DNA of 63,257 nucleotides, counting the filler, from Squatina squatina (Eukaryota), in assembly GCA_031763465.1 (NCBI GenBank). It is 3 parts of 3 records of this genome, joined end to end, with 100 filler letters (N's around TTAATTAATTAA, not from the genome) between each part and the next. Parts side by side here need not be neighbours in the genome. Positions count along the whole stretch, not along the records: positions 50,784 to 63,257 come from JARFOE010000162.1; 2 more parts are not named here. One strand, 5' to 3'. Under the pieces are notes generated by a model, which was given only the letters and a program-made list of their open reading frames with translations, was not told where the DNA came from and ran no database searches. Within the stretch, counting starts at the first letter, position 1. Every line of letters begins with the position of its first letter. A program made the translations under genes and the position numbers. Below, one piece after another: positions 51,842 to 63,257 of the stretch.

Positions 51842-52561
51842 NNNNNNNNNNNNNNNNNNNNNNNNNNNNNNNNNNNNNNNNNNNNNNNNNNNNNNNNNNN
51901 NNNNNNNNNNNNNNNNNNNNNNNNNNNNNNNNNNNNNNNNNCAAAAGGTCCACAATCTTAAAGCAGCCAGTAGCGGGTGGTGGAGACAAGCTTACTGACA
52001 GACAGTGAATTTTATTACTATGGTAATCAATATTTACCCTCGCGTTTCTCTGGTAGTCAAGACTGAGGGGAGGAGGTAAAAAGAAAGGTTGCTGGTCAAA
52101 GGGATAGTTCTTGAAAGCTACTGCATAATTTTGATATATTAAATCAAATTCATCAACATAAAAGCAACAACTAATGGCCTTTTGGTGTTAGTTGTATCGA
52201 CAGCCAACAGGAGGAATGTCATAGTTAAAGAGTCAATATACGGAGAGAAAAAAAAAATCAGGGTACATGACAATTAGAATACTAAGGATTACTATTAATG
52301 TTATTAATCTACTCCCAAGAAATGAAACTCTCTTTTCAAACCATCACCAGAGTGTCAGTGGTTGGAAACAAGAGGGTCCTCGTACATCAAACACAGAGTT
52401 AGTATGCAGGTGCATAGAAACATGGAAATAGATGCAGGAGTAGGCCATTCGGCCCTTCGCGNNNNNNNNNNNNNNNNNNNNNNNNNNNNNNNNNNNNNNN
52501 NNNNNNNNNNNNNNNNNNNNNNNNNNNNNNNNNNNNNNNNNNNNNNNNNNNNNNNNNNNNN

Positions 52562-53612
52562 CAGGATGGCCATGCACAGTCAGGTCCCTGCCAGGATTGT
52601 GCATGCACAGTCACGTCCCCGCCAGGATTGTGCATGCACAGCATGTGCCCAACGGGATTGTGCTTGGACAGTGAGTTCCCCAATGAGATAGTGTATGCAC
52701 AGTCATGTCCCTGCCAGGATTGTGCATGCAGTCAGGTCCCCACCAGGATTGCGCATGCACAGTCAGGTCCCCACCAGGATTTTGCATGCACATTCAGGTA
52801 CCCGCCAGGATTGCGCATGCACAGTCAGGTCCCCGCCAGGATTTTGCATGCACAGTCAGGTCCCCGCCAGGATTTTGCATGCACAGTCAGGTCCCCACCA
52901 GGATTTTGCATGCACAGTCACGTTCCCACCAGGATTGCGCAAGCACAGTCAGGTCCCTGGCGCGATTGCGCATGCACAGTTAGGTCCCCGCCGTGGTTAT
53001 GCATACACGATCAGGTCAAGCCGGGATTGCGCATGCGCAGTCATGTCCATGCCGGGATAGCGCATGCACAGGCATGTCCTCGCCGGGATTGTGCATGCTC
53101 AGTCAGGTCCCCACCAGTACTCCTCATGCACAGACAGGTCCCCGCCAGGATTGCGCATGCACAGTCAGGTCCCCACCAGGACTCCACATGCACAGTCAGG
53201 TTCCCTCCAGGATTGCTCAATCACAGTCAGGTCACCACCAGGACTCCACATGCACCGTCAGGTGCCCGCCAGGATTGCACATGCAGAGTCAGGTCCCTGC
53301 CAGGATTGCGCATGCACGGTGTGGTACCCGACGGGATTGTGTATAAACAGTCAGATTCTCGCCAGGATTATGTATATACCGTCGGGTCCCCGCCAGCTTT
53401 GCGCAGGCACAGTCAGGTCCCCGCCAGGATTGCGTATGCACAGTCAGGTCCCTGCCAGGATTGCGTATGTACAGTCAGGTCTCCACCGGCATTGTGTATG
53501 CACAGTCAGGTTCCCGCAAGGATTGCGTATATACAGTCAGGTCCCCGCCAGAATTGTGCATGCGCAGTCAGGTCCCTGCCAGCTTTGCGTATGTACAGTC
53601 AGGTCCCCGCTG
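52562..53612. repeat. 31-bp minisatellite, consensus CAGGATTGCGCATGCACAGTCAGGTCCCCGC, about 34 units; left end in gap
   Basis: Directly visible tandem units. Confidence 0.95.
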
Positions 53613-55344
53613 GGGCTGCGCAATTTCAGTCGAGTGAGCACAAAAAAATGGGCCATTTGAACAATTTTAGTGTAAGTGCCGGGAGACTGGGACATGACCT
53701 GAGATACTCGGACGGTCCTGGAAAAACCAGGAAATCTGATCACCCTCGACAAAGCCGATGTAAGCAGGATGGAGACGGCACGGAGTATTGACGAACCGCT
53801 ATCCAAATTCAGAGCCAGGTGTAGCAGGCGAGTGAAGTCCACAAGCTATTTGAAGAGTAGAGAGTTCGAGGCAAGAGGTTGTTTCCGTAGGAATGAGAGT
53901 CGGCAGCGGTGCAGAAAGATGATGGCGAACTTGACGCAGTTTGGAGGTCACCGTAGATCAAAGCGGCGGAGAAAAAGTAAAGGCACGAGCTAGCGGCCGG
54001 CAACGTTGAAAACTGGTAGAACGAGTCACTGGACAAGCCAGTGAAGCAGCAACTGCTCGCTCGAAGCCAGCAGAGCTAAAAAACCAGTAGAACCAGCTCA
54101 GCAAAGACACAGCTGCAGTTAAAAGGTAAAAAATAATCTTTTAGCAGCAGAGATGGAGAAGCAGCAGGTAAGTCTTACAGTATAATCCAGTGTAGTTCAA
54201 AGCAGAAACATAGTCTAGATAGCCAGAGAAGTTCAGGAGATCGGAAACCAATTTGACAGAAGAATTCAGCAGCAAAGACTTGAAGTGACTGAATGCAGAA
54301 CAAAGCCACAGCTGATGAGTCAAACAGTGTCGTCAGTACAGCAACGGAGTCCTGTTGGCGAATAATCCAGTCATGGAAATCAAGTTTCTTCAGAGATCCA
54401 GCAGTTGAAAAGAGCTCAGTGAGAACAAAGACATGCCGGGAGATGGGCTGTGGGCTCTGCAGTAATAGTTTGAGCTGAAATGCCTTCACTATCAGAGGCA
54501 GGGCATCCTAAGGAATGGAAGAAAGGAGGTTTAGGGAAGAAAGGGCAAAATATGGCAATGGATGACCACGGGTACAGTCGAAGAGAAGAGCAGCTCAGAA
54601 AGGAGCTGCCAGCCCAGGAGCCATCTTGAACTTACCAAGTTCATCATGTCATCATTTCATCGGCTTCATTCAGTGTAGTTTGTGATGTAATCTGCTACTA
54701 ATATGATTTCATTTCACAAACTGTAGCCTCTCTAATCAAATCATGTTGGTGAACAATCAGAAATTTAATCTCTGGGTTTGGACTTATATATATATCCATA
54801 TATTTCTCCTTAATTCATACAATTCTTTTTCTTAAGTTTTTAAGTTTGAGTTTGGATGCAATGGGAAACCTTAAATTCTCAAACTACTCTGGCGCCAGGG
54901 TTTGTGAGACACACAGGTTTGTGCTTTTGCTTACCTCTCCTTAGTGTGAATAGAGGAGTGCCTGAGGACATCCTTCTTGTACACACTTGTATAATCACAT
55001 TCTTCACATTTGTACGGCTTTGTTCCCACATGATTGAACATGTGCTCCTGTTAGAGGCAAGAAGTGAGGTTATCATAAAAGCTAAAACAGTGCACTAAAG
55101 CAAGCTTTCTCCTTCATTTAAAAAAAATAAGAATTTGCATTTTACCTTCATTCTCCCTCCCTCCCCACTGTCTCACCAACATGCAATCCAGTGAATTAAA
55201 TTTCTCCCCCTGCTCCTGAAGGAGTGACGCAGGCTGAGGTAAAGNNNNNNNNNNNNNNNNNNNNNNNNNNNNNNNNNNNNNNNNNNNNNNNNNNNNNNNN
55301 NNNNNNNNNNNNNNNNNNNNNNNNNNNNNNNNNNNNNNNNNNNN

Positions 55345-55842
55345 CAAGGACTTGGACTTGGAGAGAGTGCAGAGGCAATTTACTCGACCTAGGGATCAGG
55401 GACTTCAGTTATATGGCGAGACTAAAGAAACTGGGATTATTCTCCCTACAGCAGAAAAGGTTAAGGGAAGATCTAATACAGGTGTGCAAAATGATGAGTG
55501 GTTTTGCTAAAGTAAATAAAGAGAGTCTGTTTCTACTCGTAAGGTTAGCAACCAGAGGACACAGATTTAAGGTAATTGGCAAAAGAACCAGAGGGGAGAC
55601 GAGGAAAAATATTTTTACGCAGCGAGATGTTATGATCTGGAATGCACTACCTTAAAAGGATGGTGGAAGTACATTCAATAGTAACTTTCAAAAAGGAATT
55701 AGCTTTATACAAGGAGAAAAAGTGCAGAGCTGTGGGGAAAAAGCAGGGGAGTGGGACTAATTGGATAGTTCTTTCAAAGAGTAGGCACAGACACAATAGG
55801 TCAAATGGCTGCCTTCTTTGCTGTATGAATCTTTGATTCTAC
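55345..55842 (+). mobile_element. CR1 LINE 3' fragment
   Basis: YMARLKKLGLFSLQQKRLREDLIQV...TRGHRFKV...FTQRDVMIWNALP, plus 3' tail. Confidence 0.88.
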
Positions 55843-56335
55843 ATGGCATTTTGAGTATTAACATAGGCCAAAAAAATGATGCTGCCAAAATATGTATATT
55901 ACACATAGATTTTAACAGGACGAAAACACACAGTAAACGGAAGATTATGAAATGTGCATAGTCTTCAAATCAAACACCTCAGTGGTTACATTAGCAGGTA
56001 TCACATGGTTTCTGACCCACTCACCACGTTATCCAGTAGCTCTTCAAGATGGAACAGACATGACAGTGCACAAGCATGCCACATTTTGGTGGCTACGTTT
56101 TAACATGTCTTTTGACAGTATTAATGACATGGCCACCAAAATGGTTGAGAGGAAGAACTGAGACATATCAAGAGCTATTAAATAAAAAGATTTAAATGAC
56201 AGAATCCCAAATGGAAGATTTGGGGAGAAAAGGAGAGAGCATGGGCCACATTATAGTCGAACAGTGATTCTCTCAAGGTTTTTTTAAAAAAACACACCAA
56301 CAGAAGCTCAGATACTGCTGTTTGTTATCGCTGAC

Positions 56336-56516
56336 CTTGAGTGATGACCACCGCTTGCACCGATAGCTGCACTGCAGGCACTTGAAGCGTTCTGGATCAT
56401 TCCCCTCATGTGAGTCGATGTGAAACCTCAAGTCTTCTTGTGTCAGGAAACGAGAGCCGCAGATCCGACAGTGGTGGGGCCTCATCAGGGGCTTGCTGGA
56501 TCTGTAGTAATTGTAC
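56336..56516 (-). CDS. ZNF335: ZNF335 C2H2 zinc-finger exon
   Basis: [58 protein letters not shown]; atAG acceptor and GTCAGC donor; 181 nt. Confidence 0.93.
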
Positions 56517-57627
56517 CTATGTGTCCACACACAAGTTTTCATTCAGTCTTTAAAATACTAATTTTCTAAATTTTATTCCAGAAGTACAAATATTCGCTCA
56601 TTTTATCAGTCTGGAAAGATGAATGCACCAATTATCCAGATTTTACTCAATGCAGAATGTGACACACAGATTTTTTTTGCTGCTCAAAACTTGGATTTCC
56701 TTTTTTCTTTCAAGACAAGGAAGATATTTTCAATGGAATTATAGGTTGGGAACTGAACATATTTTGAGTGTATATTTGGGAGAAGGGAGGTAGAGAAAAG
56801 AATTCTGTTTACTAAGTTCTTTACTAAATACCAGGTATCAACATTATCATCAAGTGGTAGCTAGGTTGAGAAATCCTTAGATTATGGACAGAGGATGGTG
56901 TGAGCCTGTATCTGGGTAGCGGTAGCTTTACCCATCTTAATGGTTTCTAGTGGCCAACTATGCTCATAATGAAGGTGAATATGGGGAAGCAGCCAAAAGA
57001 TGCCCAAGAGTGCCCAACTGGAAGGGATCTCCAGCCATAATCTTCACTGAGCAGATAAAGCAGAGAAGAAGTTCCATTTTAAAAATCATTTTTAAGTTGC
57101 ATTGGGTCTCCCAGACGACTTGCATGGTGTGACACTAAGTCATTCAGGCAAGTCCCAGGTTTCATCCACTGTCTAGGCTGAATTAGCAGCTTTCAGCAAG
57201 TTAGTGCTTTTTTTTGTTAAGGAGGAGGGGTCTGTGCATCCTCAATCTCAGACATGCCAGCTACAAACCTTGTAGAAATATAGGGCCCACTTATTCAGTA
57301 TTATCTAGCTGCATTCAAATTCATAGCATGACAGATATTGAATTAAACTCACAAGTGCCAATATCATTAGGCCAGCACTAAAATTCATGTTTTATATTTC
57401 AAACTTTCAATTCGAAGGGCTTCAATAAATTCCATTCATATTGGTAAGATGCAGTTAAACATGCACGCTCATACTTTCAGGACTTCTAACACTGGGCCAA
57501 CAACTTGAGGCATCAGTTGGTTTACCTNNNNNNNNNNNNNNNNNNNNNNNNNNNNNNNNNNNNNNNNNNNNNNNNNNNNNNNNNNNNNNNNNNNNNNNNN
57601 NNNNNNNNNNNNNNNNNNNNNNNNNNN

Positions 57628-57874
57628 CTGTATTTCCTCCTGCCGAACCGCTTGGGTGGGCGACCACGCCTTCTCAAATGTTTGTAAGATGTCTCGTTGG
57701 TGTTTGATGATGGATCTTTGTTCTCAGAATCGGACTGGCTGATCCCAGACTCTGCTACAATCTCATTGGCTGCCGATACATCCCCATTCTCTTGCGCAGT
57801 TGAACTGGCTGCTTCAGAGCTCTGGAGGTCCATTGGGTTGGACTGGGAGGTGACAAGCGCCTCAACCTCTGCTC
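57628..57874 (-). CDS. ZNF335: ZNF335 exon (GAEVEALVTSQS...GISQSDSEN...RRRGRPPKRFGRRKYR)
   Basis: aacAG acceptor; phase fits both neighbouring exons; contains an AT-hook-like RRRGRP. Confidence 0.88.
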
Positions 57875-58659
57875 CTGTTCCGCAAAAAGACATCAGAGGG
57901 TTCAGATACTGATAACAGGGGTGATAACTGAAAACACAGTCAAAAAGAGGTAGATTTTGTGGCCTTTTAAAGGTAGGACGAGATGTCACAAGATGGAAGG
58001 GTTTACGGAAAGAATTCCAGAATGCAGGGTACAATGGCTGAAGTCTCTCACTAAGTGCAGCTGAGGAAAGGAAATTGCAGTGCAGACCAGAGTCAGAAAG
58101 GCTGGAGTGCAAGCTGGGGTATAGTACCAGGGGAGTTTACACAGCAGTGTCTAAACAAGGATGAGGATTTTGTAATCAAGGTACTGCGAGCCAGTAGTGC
58201 TCAGTGAACACACAGGAGTGGGGGAGAATAGGCAAGCTGAACGTACTGCAGGATTAGATGTGGAGAGCAGAGTCCTGGATGAGTTGCGGTTGTGCAAGGA
58301 GTTCAGGAGGCCAACATGAAGAGCACTGAATGGGTGCAAGCCGAGGCGCCTCCGAGTCAGAAGGTCGTAGGTTCAAAACCCATTGCAAAGTCTTGAGCAC
58401 ATAATTTAAGCTGACATTCCAGTGTAGTCGTAAGGCATCAAGTTTCATTCAATTTTAGCTGTGTAGAATACTGCAAGCAGGATTGTACACATGCCTTCAG
58501 AGATTTCTAACTAGACCTTTTCGTTCAAAGATCTGATGAATTGATTCTTCCCTCTCGTACTAGATCCCCTATCAGATACGAAAAAGAGCAGAAGAATCCT
58601 CACTGTGTCCTGGCCAATATTTATTCGTCAATCAACACCACTAAGACTGTTTAATTGGT

Positions 58660-59144
58660 CATAGAAACATGGAAAATAGGAGGAGTAGGCCATTCGGCCC
58701 TTCGAGCCTGCTCCACCATTCAATATGATCATGGCTGAGTCTCTATCTCAATGCCATATTCCCGCTTTCTCCCCATACCCCTTGATTTCTTTAATGTCTA
58801 AAAATTTATCTATCTCTTTCTTGAATATACTCAGTGACCCGGCCTCCACAGCCTTCTGTGGTAGAGAATTCCACAGGTTCACTACCCTCTGTGTGAAGAA
58901 ATTTTTCCTCATCTCAGTCCTAAATGGCCTACCCTGTATCCTGAGACTGTGACTACTGGTTCTACACTCCCGAACCAGGGGAAAGATCCTCCCTGCATCT
59001 AGTGTGTCTAGCCCTGTTAGGGTTTTATATGTTTCAATCAGATTCCCTCTCATTCTTCTAAACCCTAGTGAATACAGGCTCAGTCGACCCAATCTCTCCT
59101 CATACGACAGTCCTGCCATCCCAGCTATCAATCTGGTGAATCTT
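58660..59144 (-). mobile_element. CR1 LINE 3' fragment, relatively well preserved
   Basis: GLSYEERLGRLSLYSLGFRRMRGNLIETYK...RKNFFTQRVVNLWNSLPQKAVEA...FKKEIDKFL, plus 3' tail. Confidence 0.92.
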
Positions 59145-59884
59145 TGTTATCGTGTAACTTCAGAAACCACACAGAGGCTCAGTACAGGCAACGATCGATT
59201 TATTCAAGCGAGTCGCAGGGAGAGGTGCTCTTGGAATCCTCCAAGAACCACACTCTACAAAACTACAACAGTTCACATCTTGTATACACCTTTGGTCACG
59301 AACACACATTCCAGTCCTGTCACTTCACCATCTGAATGGAAGCAGACTCAGTGCTGTGTAGCAGCAGAGGAATTTGAAGGTACAGGTATGCAGGATTTTA
59401 ATGAGCGTTTACTTTCTTTCAAAAATAAAATTATTTTTTGCTGAGATCAAAAACTGTAAATTACATGACGCCACCCTTTGATGGCATTCTGCTCCTAATG
59501 CATGGAAATAGGCCATTTCAGTCCAACTGGTCTATGCCAGTGTTTATTTATTGTCCACAAGCCTCCTCCCACTCTAATTTCCTCATTCCACCCTGCACCA
59601 CCCTTATATCCCTCTGTTCTCTTATGTATACAAGAAGCCACCCCTTAAATGCATCAATGCTATTTTCTTCAACCCCTCCATGTGGTATCTTCAAAACAGG
59701 AAAGAATGGAGCTGCCTGCTCCCAGTGTTACGGAACAATGGTACATGGTCAGAGCACTTACCATGGGATAATGGTTTTGAATCAAATACTGATAGTTAAA
59801 ACTGTGTTGATATGCCCCATTTAAGGTCTGTTTTACCTTCTCCACACATACTACTTTTGGTAAAAAATATTACATAACCTAATT

Positions 59885-60385
59885 GAAATGAGCATTTTAT
59901 CGCCTTGCAACTGGGCTTCTCCAAAGTGCTCCTTGCTGGCCTCCTCACTCCCACCATGCTTAAATGACCCATCCTCCAGCATGCCCGTCACCTTTGTCCT
60001 TGCAAAGCTCCACCAGCGTTCTGTAACCTCCTTCTTGCCTTTCAGTCCTTCCACAACCTCACCCCTCCCTATCTATGATCTCCTCTACCTCCATGTCTTG
60101 CTGCACTTCAACACTTGCTTACCCTGCTCCTTCAGCCACCTTGTCCCACCTTCTGAAATTTCCTCCTTGCCACTTCCCTCCCTCCCTACCTTCAAACGTC
60201 TCTCAAAGAGCCTCCTCTTTGTGCATTTATCCGCTCCTGAACATCTTCCCTTTCCCACCTCCAGCGCAGTGAGCATTTGCCACCCACTGTCCTTTCTTCA
60301 ATATCTCTTTGTATGTAATGGAAGAAAAATAACTTTTTTTTGCCTCTATGTAAGATGTCTTGGGACATTTTCTCAAATCTGGGTT
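59885..60385 (+). mobile_element. Degenerate L2-like LINE 3' fragment
   Basis: Pyrimidine-rich ORF-end-like sequence (TFVLAKLH...SLPTFKRLSKSLLF) ending TGTAAGATGTCTTGGGACATTT, related to the tail family seen elsewhere in the window. Confidence 0.5.
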
Positions 60386-61805
60386 ATATTTGTGTGCCTC
60401 CTGTTGGCTCTGAACACTGGCTTGGAGCGTGACGCCCTGATTGACAGCCTAGATTGTGATTAGCTGAAGAATAAGACTGCGATGCCTTGCAATTGGTTCA
60501 GTAATTTTTTCAATGCAAGGTCACGGAGACTTTCTTTGTTTTGGCTACTTCTGTTGGGAGTACAGTTAACTTCAACAAATTAAGGAATGCAGCTTCAGAA
60601 GCAGCACAGCTCAGTTTTAAGTGGTGGTAATAGATCAGGAACCTTAGTAGATTTTATCATTAAAATATAGATGTATGCAAATTGTAAATTTACAAGGATT
60701 ACTTAAGTAAAATTTGCTGAAAGGGAGCTCAGAATTGTACAAATAAGTCGAATCTTAAAATTTTGTTTGGATTATTAATTTTAATTCACAGCTTAATATT
60801 TTAACAATTATCTGCGCCTCTAGTCTGGTGTTGATGGCGGGTGGACAAAGTTTGTGTAAAACTTTCATCCGAAAATGTGTACACAGTATGTGTCTTCTAA
60901 TAGTTTTTTGACGATGTTTATCTTGCTATAAAATAGTGAAAATTTCAGCATGTGAGTGTTCGCACGGAGATTTCCATGGGGCAATTGGTGACCTACGTGA
61001 GTTTGTGGACAAAGGTGATGGTGATAACGCTGTGGATGAGTGTTTTGGTAATGGTGGTGTGTTTTTTTTTTAATTCGTTNNNNNNNNNNNNNNNNNNNNN
61101 NNNNNNNNNNNNNNNNNNNNNNNNNNNNNNNNNNNNNNNNNNNNNNNNNNNNNNNNNNNNNNNNNNNNNNNNNNNNNNNCCCATATCCAGGAGAAATTCC
61201 AATAACAGACAGCACCCGATACTGGCCAATGGCCTCTGCCCCAAGTATGAAACATAAAAGTTGGCTGTGATGCCTCCTACTGTCAAATGCCCTGTTGAAA
61301 CTCACTGTCAAGGCTCATACCTGAAGATTGGCTACTTAGGAAAAGTAAAGGAAGTTTGCTGGCAACCTTGGAACTGTGCCCCAGCACCTTCAGGAAAGGG
61401 GTTAAAGAAAATAGAATAAAAAGGCCATTTCCTACATTTCTGAAGACTGTACAAATTAGGTGTGATCAAGGTACAAATATAACCCCTGGTTGTCTGTGTA
61501 AAGGGGTAGACAACAGACCAGGGACTAAATCCCAATCTCCAAAAAATAGATGAAATGGCGCCTAAGCCTAGGTNNNNNNNNNNAGTAGGGGTGGCAGTAC
61601 TTTGAAACGAGTGGAAGCAAATCCAAAGCTTCCTGATCCTGGAAAACCACACCAGTGGCTGGAAACTGAACCCCGAGGCCTGCATTGCCTACCCTCCGTT
61701 GTCCTTTCTGCCCCGTTAGTGGGAGTGTGCAGAGGGAAATGATGAGCACTGTGCCAAGCGGAAAGGGAGCCAACTCAAGAAAGATTGTACGGGAGCATAT
61801 ATTAC

Positions 61806-61958
61806 CATCAATCCCAGACATCGTTTCTGTCCGCAAAACCTTGCGAGGTCTCCCAGGACGCCTCCGAGGCCGGTCACTGGTTGAAGTTGTGACATTGCGA
61901 TTGTAGTTTGGCTGCCTTCCACGCGTCTCATCTTCTGCTGGGTTATAATCACTGTCAG
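61806..61958 (-). CDS. ZNF335: ZNF335 exon ([15 protein letters not shown]...[11 protein letters not shown]...)
   Basis: CT-rich tract plus TAG acceptor; GTAATA donor; 153 nt, phase 1/1; matches recalled [15 protein letters not shown]...RRRPGRPRK. Confidence 0.9.
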
Positions 61959-62681
61959 CTAACGGAAGAGAGAGAGAGGCAGAGATTATTTACAGAATAA
62001 TACAAATACCCAAGAGCAGTCAGAAATTTCTCAGATTGAAGGAGTAAAGCAGCAAGTTGTTAGTAAAACTGATATGGTGACACTTTTGCTCGTCAAACAA
62101 TGGGTCACACAAATGTAAAGTTTCTCTATACATTCAAGATACACTTTTCAGGACTTTGCTCCAGATAAATGCCACACGACCAGGTTATACTGTCCCAGCA
62201 AAAGTTTAAATCAGTCTGCAAAACTGGTCACAATCTACTCTCCGACGTGGAACCCAACGAACCCAAGTAAGTTCAAGATCAATGCCCGTGTGAACCAGAA
62301 CCACTCTGCACTGCCACCAATTCAGACACACCAGTATGATTTGCCAAGTCACTCCCACTACAGTACCATGTCACCTCTTTACTACATGCTGCCTGTCAGT
62401 TCTCTCCAAGTGGGAGTTCACAAGATGTAGACCTACCCAATTTCAACGGAAACGAAGAATTCAGTGTGGAGCAGCTCTAATTACAGCATCCAATATAACT
62501 GCAGCAATTCTACTAATCCACCTGCATTGATCGATAATATGATTCTCATATACTGCTCCAGGTCTCAGTACAATGCAGAGANNNNNNNNNNNNNNNNNNN
62601 NNNNNNNNNNNNNNNNNNNNNNNNNNNNNNNNNNNNNNNNNNNNNNNNNNNNNNNNNNNNNNNNNNNNNNNNNNNNNNNNN

Positions 62682-63257
62682 GATCAGCCCCAGCAGCAAC
62701 ACCACCAGCTTCCAGGGATCTGTAGCAGACATTTGTAGGATCATGCAGTCGGCCGCCCACAAATGCATCATTACTGAGCAGCACTCGGCTTTGCAGCTCT
62801 GGCTGGCTTCCCACAGGTGCAGGACATCATCGACTGCACCCATGTGCCCATCAAGGCACTCCCACATCAGCCAGGAGTGTTCGTGAACCATAAGGGCTTC
62901 CACTCCCTCAATGCCCAGCTCATCTGCAACCACAAAAAGATCATCATGCATGTGTGTCAGATTACCAGGGAGCTGTCATGATTCATTCACCCTCCCTCAG
63001 CTCTTCGCACCTCCAACTAGACTTACCGAATGGCTGCTTGGAGACAAGGGCTATCCATTTAACATATGGCTAATGATACCCTTGAGGAGGCCAAGCAATG
63101 AGGTCGAAGAGAGCTATAATCAAAGACAGATGATGACGAAATTTATAATCGAGCAAGAAATCAGGATGCTGAAGATGCGCTCCAGATTGCTTGACAGATC
63201 TGTAGGAGCCCTTCAATACGCACTAGCCAGGGTCTCCAGAATGATCGCCGTATGCTG
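62682..63257 (+). pseudogene. Degenerate Harbinger/PIF (DDE_Tnp_4, HARBI1-like) transposase
   Basis: Translated by hand: [16 protein letters not shown]...[17 protein letters not shown], a frameshift near 62955, then PGSCHDSF...WLLGDKGYP...WLMIP...YN...IIEQ...LKMR. Truncated by the window end. Confidence 0.88.

Noticed and set aside
52628-53791. 387-aa ORF as a real zinc-finger or metal-binding protein
   Set aside because: All three plus frames give the same cycling peptide from a stop-free 31-bp unit. There is no C2H2 spacing, and the ORF is antisense within ZNF335.

Overview
This is vertebrate nuclear DNA, most likely from a cartilaginous fish (inferred from the CR1/L2 LINE, Deu-type SINE, Penelope-derived and Harbinger repeats). 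It comes from a heavily gapped draft with many 100-N gaps. The window is not one locus: two artificial linkers (44 N + TTAATTAATTAA + 44 N, at 29762-29861 and 50684-50783) join three unrelated segments. Segment 1 (1-29761) has scattered exons of a ninein-family gene, then SPDYA(+), TRMT61B(-), WDR43(+), TOGARAM2(+) and PCARE(-), followed by a 20-bp minisatellite. Segment 2 (29862-50683) has the GABA-A receptor genes GABRG2(-) and GABRA1(-) in tandem. Segment 3 (50784-63257) has ZNF335(-) exons, a 31-bp minisatellite carrying NRF1-like motifs, and a frameshifted Harbinger transposase. All genes are partial because exons are missing in the gaps. Gene identities rest on my recall of vertebrate protein sequences plus splice-site and phase checks, not on database searches. 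I found no convincing new biological system. The best leads are an Ile-to-Arg change at the start of GABRA1 TM4, the two minisatellites, a photoreceptor-type PCARE promoter, and a nested Harbinger-like element.
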